Of a stretch of DNA of 64,000 nt, positions 20,917 through 31,753 are shown in pieces. The DNA comes from Synechococcus sp. Its GTDB lineage: Bacteria > Cyanobacteriota > Cyanobacteriia > Thermostichales > PCC-7336. The translations under genes were made by a program, and so were the position numbers. Position 1 is the first letter of the stretch. Every line of letters begins with the position of its first letter. The stretch lies in the NCBI GenBank assembly GCA_051439425.1, contig JBFRWD010000178.1, positions 37,931 to 101,930 on the forward strand, read 5' to 3'. The notes under the pieces were generated by a model that saw only the letters and a program-made list of their open reading frames with translations, was not told the DNA's origin and ran no database searches.

Positions 20917-22032
20917 ATGAGAAATCGTCCAATCGCCTTTTCCCTGTCCAGTTTACTGACGATATTCGTCGCCATCGTCAGCTTTCTGCTGCTATGGCAA
21001 TTACGGGGGGTTCTGGTATTGCTAATGGTGGCCATCGTCCTAGCCACCTCTATTTCTCCTGTGGTGGATTACGCCGAGCGATTTTGGATACCTCGTTGGC
21101 TGTCAGCGTTTTTGTTTTACGCGATCGCGCTCGCTGGGTTGGTTGGAGTTATTCTCCTGATTGGTCCCACAGTGTTCGAGCAATTGCAGCGCCTCATTCG
21201 TCAGGTGCCCATTGTGACCGAAAAGCTGGTGGGCTTTACCGAAGAAAAACTAACTCCCGATGAATCTGCCGCTCTTCAAGATCTAGTAGGGCAACTGTTC
21301 GACCTGCAGACACTGACGCGCTGGACGATTCAAACCGGACAGGAATTGCTGCTGCGTTCTTACAGCATCACTCGCGGTATCGTCGGAGCCGCCCTCAGTC
21401 TGATTCTGGCGTTGTTCTTCTCAGGCTACATGCTTGCGGATAGCGATCGCCTGGTGCGCGGATTGTCGATTCTACTACCCGAACCGTGGGACAGTCGTCT
21501 GCAGGCGCAGATGGGACAGGTAGGGTACCGCATGGGAACTTACCTGCGGGGGCGATTGCTGGTGTCAATTGTGCTGGCGACTGTGACCTCTCTGGGCCTA
21601 AGCTTGCTGGGTTTAGCCGAATACTCGCTGGCATTGGGGGCCATTGCCGGATTTACCAACCTCATACCGTTTATTGGTCCAATTCTGGGGGCGGTTCCGG
21701 CGCTCGTGGTGGCGATCGCACAAGGAGGATGGCTAGTTCTCTGGGTGCTGGTCTTCTACATCATCTTGCAGAATTTGGAGACCTATCTTCTCGATCCCCT
21801 CTTGGTGGGCTCTGCCGTTGGCGTCCATCCCCTCTACCAATTGCTATCGGTGATTGCGGGTGTGCAACTACTCGGAATTTTGGGAGCTGTGATTGTGCCC
21901 CCATGGTTTGCAGGTACGTCGGTATTAATCGACAATCTCTACTTGCAACCCAAACTGGAAGCTGCCCAATTGCGCAAACAGCAGCAAGTAAGCACTGAGA
22001 TTGTCCAAGAAGTGGTTGATGTAAATGCGTAG
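20917..22032 (+). CDS. AI-2E (PerM) family transporter
   Basis: Multi-TM; NLIPFIGP, LQNLETYLLDPLLVG, GILGAVIVPP. Confidence 0.88.
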   Translation: MRNRPIAFSLSSLLTIFVAIVSFLLLWQLRGVLVLLMVAIVLATSISPVVDYAERFWIPRWLSAFLFYAIALAGLVGVILLIGPTVFEQLQRLIRQVPIVTEKLVGFTEEKLTPDESAALQDLVGQLFDLQTLTRWTIQTGQELLLRSYSITRGIVGAALSLILALFFSGYMLADSDRLVRGLSILLPEPWDSRLQAQMGQVGYRMGTYLRGRLLVSIVLATVTSLGLSLLGLAEYSLALGAIAGFTNLIPFIGPILGAVPALVVAIAQGGWLVLWVLVFYIILQNLETYLLDPLLVGSAVGVHPLYQLLSVIAGVQLLGILGAVIVPPWFAGTSVLIDNLYLQPKLEAAQLRKQQQVSTEIVQEVVDVNA

Positions 22033-22095
22033 AATGCCAGAGCGTTCTTCGCGAACGTTGGAAAATAAGACTCACGGCCCCACGAAAACCCTGGC

Positions 22096-22989
22096 CTAGA
22101 ATGCATTATTAAGCTCTTGCAATTGGCTATCAGCCCTAGCTTGATTGAGGGCATCCCGCACTGCGCGTTCTCCTAACAGTACTTGCACATCCCGAATCAG
22201 CTCTTCCCCCCACAAGTTATCTCTCAACGTTTGAATATCGCCGTAGGTGAAATCGAGCTGGATAGCTTGTATGCCTAACTCAGTCGCTTGCTCTGTTTCT
22301 CCCAAAACGTAAAGCGCTGTAGCAAGCGCCAAAACGGGTTCAGCGGCTGTGTCGTCTAAGGCAATACTGGCTTCAAACTTCGGAATCGATTCCTCTACAT
22401 TGCCAATTTGATATTCGAGCAAGCCAATGTTGTTGATAGCAGGCCAAAACTCTTCATCGATTTCAAGGGCTGTCTCGTACGCCGATCGCGCTTTATCAAA
22501 GTTTTCTAGTAGCAGGTGCGTGTTGCCCAAATCAAACAGCCCTTGCAAGCTTTCAGGCTCGATTTCAAGGCCCTTTTCAAGCGCTTCCAGAGCCGCAAAA
22601 TAACTTCCTTGTCTGACATATGCAGACCCCAAAGACAGCAACAAATCGGGACTGTCTGGAGCCAGGGGTCTCGCTCGGTTGAGAGTGGCAACAGCTCGAT
22701 CGAAATCGTTATCTTGCAGGTACAACCGTCCCAACACCGTCAGAATATCGGCATTGTTGGGAGCCAATTGAGAGGCCAGTTGAATACGCGCTAAGGCAGC
22801 CTCTGTCTGGCCAAACTGAGCTAACCGTAAGGCATCACCCGCCAGTTGCAACCCTTGCTGTTCCATCAACGCACTGTTGGGCACTAGCGGTCGGTGCAAC
22901 ACTTGAGCGCTCGCTGCCGGATGGAGAAATGCCATCCCTAACGCAACCAGACTGGCGGCTACGGCAGGCTTAATAAAGCGACAATTCAT
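22096..22989 (-). CDS. Secreted TPR-repeat protein
   Basis: Signal peptide ending ASA and tandem TPR units (LGRLY, LGSAY, LGNTH, NIGLL). Confidence 0.88.
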   Translation of the reverse strand: MNCRFIKPAVAASLVALGMAFLHPAASAQVLHRPLVPNSALMEQQGLQLAGDALRLAQFGQTEAALARIQLASQLAPNNADILTVLGRLYLQDNDFDRAVATLNRARPLAPDSPDLLLSLGSAYVRQGSYFAALEALEKGLEIEPESLQGLFDLGNTHLLLENFDKARSAYETALEIDEEFWPAINNIGLLEYQIGNVEESIPKFEASIALDDTAAEPVLALATALYVLGETEQATELGIQAIQLDFTYGDIQTLRDNLWGEELIRDVQVLLGERAVRDALNQARADSQLQELNNAF

Positions 22990-23225
22990 GCAGGTGACCT
23001 CAACAGGAGAAAAGTTGCAAGACTCGTGGAGCAAAAGCGTAAACGGGTAACCGGATGCCGTCGCGCAGAAAGTTTGCGTTTAACTTCATTTAGCTTGTAG
23101 CAACCGCAGTGCTCGGACAAATGCTGCAATCGTTTGCACCTATCCTAAGCGATCGCTACAATTGGCCAACTTGGCAAGCGCATCTGATGCAGCTACAAGG
23201 CGCCAATACCCTCAGCAAATGAGAC

Positions 23226-24266
23226 CTAGCGGCGAACACGCTCCCACACAAAGCTAACCCTAACGGTATCCCAATTTGTTTCGGTCTTCAGCACTTGGGC
23301 GCGGGCGCTTTCACCGGCTGGGACGTCGTTGGGTTCAAACGCCACCGTGCGAGTATCTATCACCTGATTGTTTGATAAAAACTCAAACCTGGCCTGGGCG
23401 GCAATCGCAGTTTGTCCCCCATTGTTGACTGCGTTAACCGTTATTTGACTGCCGCCGGCAGGCGCCACCTGCTCTCCAATGTCTCCCACAATTTCTAGGG
23501 CTGCAGGCGTGTCCCCATCAACAGCGGCTTGAGAATTGGGGGTTGGTGCCGGTCCGGGAGAGGAAGACGTTTCCAGTCCCGAGTTAGGGGAGGAGTTAGC
23601 TTCAGCCACTGGAGTCGGCTCGGGTGCCGGTTCGGGTGCCGGCGCGAGGGAAGGCTCGGAGTTAGGGACCGGTGAGGCAGACGCCGCCGTATCTGGATCG
23701 TCTGTATTGGAGGTTCCGGGTTGATTGGTGTAGAAAGCGACGGCTTTTGCGACTTCTTCTTGAAACAGTAAATAGACATCACGGGAGCGATCGCCCACTC
23801 TGGCTAACGCCAAGCGATCGGCGTCTGTGGTGGGAATTTCCAGCCGTTGGCCGTCAACGCTCAATACGAGAGCTTGAACCTGCTGGTTGATCAAGCGATC
23901 GAGGAAGGGGAATAGAGGAATGGTACAGGCTTGGTCGAGGCTACCGATGGTGAGTGTGTTGCCATCGGTTAGGCTAAACGACGCAAGACCGCAGGATTGA
24001 GCCCCTTCAACTTCAAGTGGAACGCTAAGTTGACTGCGGTTGCTATTGGTCACAGAAATGGTGTACTGACCTTCCGTGTGGGTCCAGCCGTGGACTTCAT
24101 CAACGACCGAGCTGGTGGTTTCCTCAACAAAGTACTCCCCAGCATTTAGTTGGGGGGGGAGCGAGGCGATCGTTATCATCAACCCCGTTCCGGTCAACCC
24201 TACCGCGCAGCCCCTCACCGCCAGGCATCTCAGCAGCTTTCTTTGTTTTGCAATCCCCACAATCAC
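23226..24266 (-). CDS. Hypothetical exported protein with Pro/Glu-rich linker and C-terminal Ig-like domain
   Basis: Hydrophobic N-terminus, PAPEPAPEPTP linker, and VNAVNNGGQTA...VPAGES beta-sandwich pattern. Confidence 0.65.
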   Translation of the reverse strand: MIVGIAKQRKLLRCLAVRGCAVGLTGTGLMITIASLPPQLNAGEYFVEETTSSVVDEVHGWTHTEGQYTISVTNSNRSQLSVPLEVEGAQSCGLASFSLTDGNTLTIGSLDQACTIPLFPFLDRLINQQVQALVLSVDGQRLEIPTTDADRLALARVGDRSRDVYLLFQEEVAKAVAFYTNQPGTSNTDDPDTAASASPVPNSEPSLAPAPEPAPEPTPVAEANSSPNSGLETSSSPGPAPTPNSQAAVDGDTPAALEIVGDIGEQVAPAGGSQITVNAVNNGGQTAIAAQARFEFLSNNQVIDTRTVAFEPNDVPAGESARAQVLKTETNWDTVRVSFVWERVRR

Positions 24267-24448
24267 CCGGTGCCCATCACAACATTGCTAAATGCCCGCA
24301 GCCAAACTGGTGTTTGATAGGCTATCTAGCGTTTCGGATCAGTTTTACCTTAGCGAATGCCTTTGTGTTGCTAGCGATCGCGGAAATTTCACTTCTCTAA
24401 ACCGACAATTGTGTTTATCTGTTCGGTTGTTTAACCCCCAGGTGTCTG

Positions 24449-25573
24449 ATGGCTCGCTCTGGTTTTACTCTGCCTGTGTTTGCAGTTGCTGCGGCCAAAG
24501 CGGCCCTGCTGCTCTTGATGGAGCAAGATGAGCCTCAAAGGGCAAAAAACACGCAGACTGTTGAGTTAGATATCATGCCGGATCGAGTCGATGCAGAACC
24601 CGTTGTAATCAATATCGAGCAAGTAGCAGTACTGGCTGAGTTAAGTTCTGAAGGTGGGCAAGCGTTGGCGATCGCTCGCAGTGACCCCGGAGACAACCTC
24701 GATCTGACCCGTAACACCCCGATTTGGGCCTACGTTCGCCTCATTCCCAGAGAAGACTCTGTGCTGGTACTGGAAGCTGGAGAGGGGCTGGGACAGTCTG
24801 CAGATGGGGAACCAGCAATTTATAGATATGCCAAGCAGTTGTTTGCTGTCAATGTCGAGCCGGTGGTGCCTGAGCGATGGACAGCAATAGTTCGCATCAT
24901 CCTGCCGGAAGGGCGACAACTGGCGCAGCGCACGTCTAACGAGGCGTTTGGAGTACTAGAGGGACTTGCCCTCTTGGGCACGAGTGGTATTTCCAAGCCA
25001 CTAGCAGCCACCGATGCCCTAAGGTCATTTCGCTCGCAACTACAGGAGCGAGCGGCCTCCTCGCAAGATTTGGTCTTTTGTATTGGTAGTAATGGGCAAC
25101 GGGTGGCGACTGGCCTGGGCATCCCTGACGGTCGGGTCATCCCAACAGCCAATTGGGTGGGAGCCATGCTGGTTGAGGCGGCTCTATTAGACGTACGCTC
25201 GGTATTGCTGATTGGCTATCACGGTAAATTACTCAAGCTGGCAGGAGGAATTTTTCACACCTCCAGTCATATAGCCGATGCGAAACTGGAAATTCTGGCG
25301 GCGGAGGCCCTGCGGGTAGGCTGCAATAGGACTTTGGTGCGCTCGCTTTTGGATGCAGCGACAGCAGACGATGCTCGATTATTGCTTGCGCAAGCGGGGT
25401 GGTCCGATCGCGTGTTTGAAAAATTGAGTCAACGTATTGAAGACAAGGCCACATCATACGTGCAAAAGTACAGCGATCGCCCGTTAGACATCGGCGTCAT
25501 TCTATTTGACCGGACGGGCGAATTAGTGGTGCAGACCGATCGAGCTAGTCGGTTGTTGGCAGCAATGGCCTGA
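24449..25573 (+). CDS. cbiD: Cobalt-precorrin-5B C1-methyltransferase
   Basis: RSGFTLPVFA.AAAKAA, SDPGDNLDLTRNT, RTSNEAFG..GL.LLGTSG, GYHGKL.KLAGGIFHT. Confidence 0.95.
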   Translation: MARSGFTLPVFAVAAAKAALLLLMEQDEPQRAKNTQTVELDIMPDRVDAEPVVINIEQVAVLAELSSEGGQALAIARSDPGDNLDLTRNTPIWAYVRLIPREDSVLVLEAGEGLGQSADGEPAIYRYAKQLFAVNVEPVVPERWTAIVRIILPEGRQLAQRTSNEAFGVLEGLALLGTSGISKPLAATDALRSFRSQLQERAASSQDLVFCIGSNGQRVATGLGIPDGRVIPTANWVGAMLVEAALLDVRSVLLIGYHGKLLKLAGGIFHTSSHIADAKLEILAAEALRVGCNRTLVRSLLDAATADDARLLLAQAGWSDRVFEKLSQRIEDKATSYVQKYSDRPLDIGVILFDRTGELVVQTDRASRLLAAMA

Positions 25574-25631
25574 CAGTTTGCCCGTTACAATCCCTAGATA
25601 CAATGACAAAACCCTTTCTCGCAGGCCCACT

Positions 25632-26264
25632 ATGTCCGCCAACGCGACTGCCAATAAACGTCCTCAAAATGATAAGCACCGCCAAAAAATGGAGCGCCGC
25701 AAGCAGGTGCAGGACGAGCGGCTGGCGCAAATGACCAACCAAAAAGGATTGGTCATCATTAACACCGGCGATGGTAAAGGGAAAAGCTCTGCTGCGTTTG
25801 GTGTGGTTTTTCGGGCCTTGGGACACGGTCTAAAAGTGGGTGTGGTGCAGTTTATTAAAGGGGCTTGGGAGCCTGGAGAGGCCAAGCTACTCAAATCCAT
25901 GGATTCCGAATTGGTGGAATTTCACGCCCTGGGTGAGGGGTTCACCTGGGAAACGCAGGATCGAGATCGCGACATTGCCAACGTACAGCGGGCTTGGGAC
26001 AAAAGCCTGGAGATGATTGTCAGCAATACCTTTCACGTCGTGCTGCTGGATGAAATTAACATCGCTATCAAGTTGGGCTATCTCTCAGTAGATACTGTCC
26101 TGACCGGGCTGGAACAAAAGCCCGAAGACGTTCACGTCATTTTGACCGGGCGCGGAGCTAAGCCTAAGTTGATCGAGCGGGCAGATTTAGTCACCGAGAT
26201 GACACTAATCAAGCATCCTTTCCGCGAACAGGGCATCAAGGCCCAGTTGGGCATTGAATACTAA
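25632..26264 (+). CDS. cobO: Cob(I)yrinic acid a,c-diamide adenosyltransferase
   Basis: TGDGKGKSSAAFG, QFIKG, GEGFTW, LLDEIN, LTGRGA, ADLVTEM..IKHPF. Confidence 0.96.
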   Translation: MSANATANKRPQNDKHRQKMERRKQVQDERLAQMTNQKGLVIINTGDGKGKSSAAFGVVFRALGHGLKVGVVQFIKGAWEPGEAKLLKSMDSELVEFHALGEGFTWETQDRDRDIANVQRAWDKSLEMIVSNTFHVVLLDEINIAIKLGYLSVDTVLTGLEQKPEDVHVILTGRGAKPKLIERADLVTEMTLIKHPFREQGIKAQLGIEY

Positions 26265-26312
26265 AGTCAGCAAATGAATTTATGGGATCTAGATACTGAT
26301 GGGGTGTAGATA

Positions 26313-27695
26313 GTGGCCCTGGCGATCGCGGCTCCTACTAGTGGAAGCGGCAAGACAACGATTACATTGGCGTTACTGGCGGCCCTGCGGCATCGCGATT
26401 TGCGGGTGCAATCGTTCAAGGTGGGGCCGGATTACATCGACCCGATGTTTCACCAAGCGGCCACGGGCACTCCCTGTCGCAATCTCGATCCCTTCCTAAC
26501 CTCCGAAGCCTACGTGAGGCGCTGTTTTACCCACCATTGTCAGGATGCCGATGTGGCAGTGATTGAAGGGGTGATGGGTCTGTTTGACGGCAAAGCCGAT
26601 GCAGGGGAGTTTGCCAGCACTGCTCATGTGGCCAAGCTGCTAGACATCCCCCTGATATTAGTCATCGATGCTCAGAAGGTGGGGCGGACAGTGGCGGCGA
26701 TCGCCTACGGCCTCATCCATTTCGACCCCGACATCACCATTGCAGGCATCATTTTCAATCGCGTCGGTTCCGATCGCCATGCCCAGTTATTGCAAGATGC
26801 GATCGCCCCCCTCAACATCCCCATTCTAGGGATTGTCCGCACCACACCCAATATCCAGATGCCCAGCCGTCACCTAGGCCTGATTCCAGCAGAGGAACAG
26901 AATAATTTTCCTCACGTGCTCGATCGCCTAGCGCAACTCGCAGAATCCTCATTCGACTGGAACCAGTTACTCCCCCTGCTCCGCTGTCGTTCGTCTAACG
27001 CTTCAGCAACATCTTTATGGTCACAGGTGCACTCTACACATTGGAATCATGGGCGATCGCCCATCATTGGAGTGGCTCGCGACCCTGCTTTTAACTTCTA
27101 CTACGCGGACAATTTGGATATATTGCAGGACTTGGGGGCGCAATTAGACTATTTCTCACCCTTGCGATCGGGATTCCAACGCTTCACAGATTTTGATGGC
27201 GTTTATCTTGGGGGCGGTTTTCCCGAAGTATTTGCAGCAGAGCTATCGGAACAATTCCAAGCATTTGCCATCTCTCCCAATCAACTACCTGCAATCTACG
27301 CGGAATGTGGTGGCCTAATGGTGTTAGGTCAACAGCTCACCGATCGCTACGGCCACAGCCATACCATGTCCGGCCTGCTGCCCTACAGCACCTCAATGAC
27401 CCACAGGCTTACCCTCGGCTACCGCAGTGCCCAAGTCGTAACTTCAACTCCAGCAGTAGAGGCAGGGGAATGCTTGCGCGGCCACGAATTCCACCATTCT
27501 GCCTGTACACCTCCCCCAGAATCGGGAATATATCTGTGGGGAAATAGCCGAGACGGTTGGAGCAGCGATCGCATTCACGCCTCCTACTTGCACCTGCATT
27601 GGGGGGAACAATCGCAGGTTGCCGCGCGCTGGTTGAAAGCGTGTGCACAAAGGGCAGTCAAATCGACGGTTAATCCAAGGGTCAGCCTGCGGTAG
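26313..27695 (+). CDS. cobB: Cobyrinate a,c-diamide synthase (CobB/CbiA)
   Basis: SGSGKTT, FKVGPDYIDP, EGVMGLFDG, AFNFYY, AECGG, GHEFH. Confidence 0.95.
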   Translation: MALAIAAPTSGSGKTTITLALLAALRHRDLRVQSFKVGPDYIDPMFHQAATGTPCRNLDPFLTSEAYVRRCFTHHCQDADVAVIEGVMGLFDGKADAGEFASTAHVAKLLDIPLILVIDAQKVGRTVAAIAYGLIHFDPDITIAGIIFNRVGSDRHAQLLQDAIAPLNIPILGIVRTTPNIQMPSRHLGLIPAEEQNNFPHVLDRLAQLAESSFDWNQLLPLLRCRSSNASATSLWSQVHSTHWNHGRSPIIGVARDPAFNFYYADNLDILQDLGAQLDYFSPLRSGFQRFTDFDGVYLGGGFPEVFAAELSEQFQAFAISPNQLPAIYAECGGLMVLGQQLTDRYGHSHTMSGLLPYSTSMTHRLTLGYRSAQVVTSTPAVEAGECLRGHEFHHSACTPPPESGIYLWGNSRDGWSSDRIHASYLHLHWGEQSQVAARWLKACAQRAVKSTVNPRVSLR

Positions 27696-28839
27696 TTGTG
27701 TCAAGTACGGTCAGAACTTCTTTTGCTGCTCGCTCCAGCACCCCCAACTGACCCAAAGCAGCCTTAAGTTCCGCATAATCCTGTCGCAATCGCTGCTGAC
27801 GCTCCGGATCGGTCAATAAGGCAACGGCTTCGGTGGCGATCGTTTCCGGCAGGGCCTTGTGCTGTAGCAATTCCATCACCACCGGTCGCATCAGCACCAA
27901 ATTGGGGGGGGACATGAACGGAATGGAAAACTTGAGAATATATTTGGCAATCCAATAGGTAATCGGATTCACCTTGTAAATTACTACCTGCGGTAAGCCC
28001 CGGATGGCGGTTTCTAAATTGACCGTCCCCGACTTGGCCAGCACTAAATCGATCGCCGACAGCAATAGCTTGCTATCCTTCTCCACAAACTTGACTTCTA
28101 TCCCCGCCCGCTTGGCCTGCTTGGCAATCGCCTGTTTAAATTCGGGGCGAGATAGAGACACCCAAAATTCTACGTGGGGTAAGCGATCTTGCAGTAGCCG
28201 CGCCGATTGCATCAGGGTAGGCAATACCGTGCGCAGTTCTTGCGATCGCGAGGCCGGAAAAATCCCGACTGCCACCGCATCTGGCCTCATCTCTAGCTGA
28301 CTTCGGGCCTGCTCGCGAGACGGGGCATTCTCCAAAATATCGATCAGCGGATGCCCCACCCAGCACACTGCCCCCCCCGCTTTCTGGTAATAATCAGCTT
28401 CCGCCGTAAAAATCGCCAGAATCAGCCGCGAAAATTCCACAAGTTGGTTGGTCAGCTTGGGGGTAAAGGTCCACACCCACTCCTGCGGAGCGATGTAGTA
28501 AATCACCGGTACCCCCATCCGTTCCAACCGTGCCCCCATGCGGTGGTTTACCCCTACGTAATCCACCAAAATGGCAATGTCCGGTGGATTTTCGGCCAAA
28601 TATCTGCGAAGTTTCCATTCCAGCCATAGCGTCGGTGCAATAAACGGTAACGCTTCCAAAATCCCGACAGAGCTAATACCCACCGTGTCGTGCAGCAGGG
28701 TCGCCCCGGCGGCTTCTACGCGATCGCCCCCAATCGCCACAATCTCCAAATCCGGTCGCAGCTTCAGCAGCGTACGCACCAAATGGCTGGCCTGTAGATC
28801 GCCAGAAACTTCGCCAGTGCTGAGAAAAATTCGGGGCAT
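27682..28839 (-). CDS. lpxB: Lipid-A-disaccharide synthase
   Basis: GEVSGD, YYIAPQEWVW, VGHPL, PASR.QE, KSGTVNLE. Confidence 0.96.
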   Translation of the reverse strand: MPRIFLSTGEVSGDLQASHLVRTLLKLRPDLEIVAIGGDRVEAAGATLLHDTVGISSVGILEALPFIAPTLWLEWKLRRYLAENPPDIAILVDYVGVNHRMGARLERMGVPVIYYIAPQEWVWTFTPKLTNQLVEFSRLILAIFTAEADYYQKAGGAVCWVGHPLIDILENAPSREQARSQLEMRPDAVAVGIFPASRSQELRTVLPTLMQSARLLQDRLPHVEFWVSLSRPEFKQAIAKQAKRAGIEVKFVEKDSKLLLSAIDLVLAKSGTVNLETAIRGLPQVVIYKVNPITYWIAKYILKFSIPFMSPPNLVLMRPVVMELLQHKALPETIATEAVALLTDPERQQRLRQDYAELKAALGQLGVLERAAKEVLTVLDTTTAG

Positions 28840-28842
28840 GCG

Positions 28843-29694
28843 CTATGCTTCGCCTTTGCCGCTATCTCTAACGCGACCTTTGCGAGTGGGAAGCGGTCCC
28901 CGTCGCCCTTCCCCATGAATAGATGCGTTCAGGAATGCCACCAAGTCACTCACTAACTCGGACTCTGGCCAAGCGGATAGTTCCTGCAACGCTTCTTCCA
29001 TATGCCCGCTGCTGCGATACAGCAATCGATAGGCATCCTTCAATTGCTTGAACGCAGGATCGGTGGTTTTCCAACCCGATCGCCGCAATCCAACTAAATT
29101 CAGCCCACGAATCCGTCCGGGGTTGCCCTCGACCATCGTGTACGGTGGCACATCGCGATCGACCCGCGCCATTCCCCCCACCATGGCCAAACGACCGATG
29201 TGAGTAAATTGGTGAATACCCAATAGCCCACTAATCCGTGCTTGAGATTCGATACAAACGTATCCTGCTAGAGCCACTGAGTTGGCAATAATGACAGAAT
29301 TATCAATCTGACAATTATGGGCCACGTGGGAGTAGGCCATGATCAAGTTATCGTTGCCAATTCGGGTAACTTCCCCTTCTTCCGTTGCTCGATTGACCGT
29401 GACGTACTCGCGCAGTGCATTGCGATCGCCAATCTCCACCCGACTGGGGGCACCACGATACTTCAAGTCTTGGGGTTCCAGACCGATAGCAGCTCCTGGA
29501 TAAATACGGTTATCACAGCCAATCGTCGTCCAACCATCAATCACTACGTGGGGATAGAGCTTCGTCCCTGCATCAATCCGCACGTTCTCCCCCACCACAC
29601 ATCCCGCCCCCACTTCAACACTGGGGTGCAACTCCGCCCTCGGATGAACCGAGGCGGTGGGATGAATGCGTTCGGAAGAAGACACGGTTGTCAT
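28843..29694 (-). CDS. lpxA: UDP-N-acetylglucosamine O-acyltransferase
   Basis: Hexapeptide repeats, PQDLKY, REYVTVNRAT, HVAHNC, GLNLVGLRR. Confidence 0.96.
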   Translation of the reverse strand: MTTVSSSERIHPTASVHPRAELHPSVEVGAGCVVGENVRIDAGTKLYPHVVIDGWTTIGCDNRIYPGAAIGLEPQDLKYRGAPSRVEIGDRNALREYVTVNRATEEGEVTRIGNDNLIMAYSHVAHNCQIDNSVIIANSVALAGYVCIESQARISGLLGIHQFTHIGRLAMVGGMARVDRDVPPYTMVEGNPGRIRGLNLVGLRRSGWKTTDPAFKQLKDAYRLLYRSSGHMEEALQELSAWPESELVSDLVAFLNASIHGEGRRGPLPTRKGRVRDSGKGEA

Positions 29695-29906
29695 AATTCG
29701 TTCGGCAAAGCCACGCCGCTAATACGGTTGGGTGAAGGATAACCCAATGGGGGCAGTCTTCAGAGCAGTGTCCTTCAGGGCAGTGTCCTTACCAGAGCAG
29801 TCAATATCTGGGCGAATGTAAGTTACAGATGCAAACACTACAGAAGATTTCACTACGGGAGATGTCGCGCTAACAACAGTTACTGGACTATCAACAGCCA
29901 CTGAGA

Positions 29907-30380
29907 TCAATCTACCAATGAGAACATCAACTCCCCTTCCGTCACTAGATTGCCATCCACCTCTGCTCTAGCCGACATTTTGCCAATCCGCTTACGCCGA
30001 ATCGTAATCAACGTTGTGGTAATCACTAGGCGATCGCCGGGGACTACAGGACGACGGAACCGAACCCCATCGATCCCCGCAAACAGCGCCAGTTGACCTT
30101 CAGCATCGGGCAGTTGCGTCAATACAATTCCTCCCACCTGTGCCATCGCTTCCACAATCAGGACTCCCGGCATAATTGGGCGGCCGGGGAAGTGCCCCTG
30201 AAAAAATTCTTCGTTGAACGTGACGTTCTTGATCCCGACAGCATAATCGCCTGGCACAAACTCGATGATGCGATCGACCAACAAGAAGGGATAGCGATGG
30301 GGCAAGATCTCCTGTATTTGCTCCGCCGTGAAGACCACGTTGGAGGACGTTTTAGGGGGAGGAGTAGAAACGGCTGTCAC
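29907..30380 (-). CDS. fabZ: 3-hydroxyacyl-ACP dehydratase
   Basis: [41 protein letters not shown]; probable GTG start at 30380. Confidence 0.96.
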   Translation of the reverse strand: MTAVSTPPPKTSSNVVFTAEQIQEILPHRYPFLLVDRIIEFVPGDYAVGIKNVTFNEEFFQGHFPGRPIMPGVLIVEAMAQVGGIVLTQLPDAEGQLALFAGIDGVRFRRPVVPGDRLVITTTLITIRRKRIGKMSARAEVDGNLVTEGELMFSLVD

Positions 30381-30550
30381 AGTAAGTACGTTGAATCGGA
30401 GCGAGGGGCAACAGAAAATAGGAATTTGGGACGAAAAGACTTCTTTGCGGATCGCCAGCACTCATCGAGCGCCAACATCAACGGGTCGCAAGCAGTGTTC
30501 GCTACCGCTGTTTCAAGTTGCCAAGATACTCGCGGCTGGATGGCAGTGAA

Positions 30551-31435
30551 CTACCAATCCTGAAAACGATTAGCAACGTCGAGAAGTTCTTTTGCAAAGC
30601 GACCGTGCAAAGTATGACTGGCTTTATAGGCTATGAAATGAGCTTGCCAACGCCGACCGGTCAAGCTGAGATCGCCTAATAAATCTATCAGTTTATGGCG
30701 CACGGGCTCGTTCTCAAAGCGCAACGGCGTTAGCCACTCCGTGTCAGTACAGACGATCGCATTATCAAGACTGCCCCCTTTAATCAATCCCGCTTGTTGA
30801 GCCAGACGGGCATTGGCCTCGGTTGTGAACGTTCGGGCAGGGGCGATCGCCTCAGCAAAGACATCGGGGGATTCTGTCCAGCTAAACCACTGTTCGCCAA
30901 TGGGACTGTTGGCAAAATCAATTCCATAGCTGTAGCGCGTGACGGGGCTAGGCACCGCCGTGACAAATGCCTCTCCATCCCATATCGTCACCGGAGCCTC
31001 TAGTTTTACAAGAGGCCGCACCCCATCTTGCTCTATCAAACCGACAGATTGGATCGCCCCCACCCAAGGCTTGGCAGAACCATCCAAGATGGGGACTTCC
31101 GACCCATCTATGTCGATGCGGCAATTGTCCACACCGCATCCAACCAGTGCGGCCATCAAGTGCTCGATTGTCCGGACATTTGCCTCTCCCTGTTGCAACA
31201 ACGTAGACAGTTGGGCTGGAATAGCTGCTTCCAACGACGCTCTAATAGTTGGCTGTGTGGATAAATCCGTGCGTACGAAGAACTTGCCACTATCGATGGG
31301 TGCTGGATGTAAATGACAGTTCACTATTTCGCCACTATGCAAGCCAATGCCGCTGACTTTAACGGGGCTAGCCAGGGTTTGCTGGCAAGATTTGTTCGTG
31401 CTGGGGGTGAAAGAAGAAGCGATCTGGCGAGTCAT
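30551..31435 (-). CDS. lpxC: UDP-3-O-acyl-GlcNAc deacetylase
   Basis: GIGLHSG, TIEHLMAAL, EVPILDGSA, ARTF, RHKLIDLLGDL. Confidence 0.96.
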   Translation of the reverse strand: MTRQIASSFTPSTNKSCQQTLASPVKVSGIGLHSGEIVNCHLHPAPIDSGKFFVRTDLSTQPTIRASLEAAIPAQLSTLLQQGEANVRTIEHLMAALVGCGVDNCRIDIDGSEVPILDGSAKPWVGAIQSVGLIEQDGVRPLVKLEAPVTIWDGEAFVTAVPSPVTRYSYGIDFANSPIGEQWFSWTESPDVFAEAIAPARTFTTEANARLAQQAGLIKGGSLDNAIVCTDTEWLTPLRFENEPVRHKLIDLLGDLSLTGRRWQAHFIAYKASHTLHGRFAKELLDVANRFQDW

Positions 31436-31594
31436 TCTGAAGCGGGCTGTAATGAGTTGTGGATATTATCTGGTTTTCAACCACGATCTCAACGGGCTTT
31501 GGCCACTTGGGTCAAGGTGGTCGAAGCATTTCTTGAATTTGCGCTCCAGATCGCTTGGGAATTGCCAGGGAATCGGGTATCATGAGTGTCCGCT

Positions 31595-31675
31595 GGGCGA
31601 GTGGCGAAATGGTAGACGCACCGCACTCAAAATGCGGCGGGGAAACCCGTGAGAGTTCGAATCTCTCCTCGCCCA
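31595..31675 (+). tRNA. trnL: tRNA-Leu (CAA)
   Basis: GGGCGAG acceptor stem, anticodon arm CCGCA-CTCAAAA-TGCGG, long variable arm, GTTCGAATC T-loop. Confidence 0.97.
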
Positions 31676-31753
31676 TCTCTGATACTTTTTATTTTCAGAC
31701 TTACCGATACAGTCTTTGTGGATCGGTCAATTACTGCCTTTCAAAACCTACAC

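Noticed and set aside
24267..24448. Cobalamin riboswitch upstream of cbiD
   Set aside because: No recognisable B12-box or conserved core in this short divergent gap.
27682..27695. Convergent 14-bp overlap of cobB and lpxB
   Set aside because: Short 3' overlaps are common in compact genomes.
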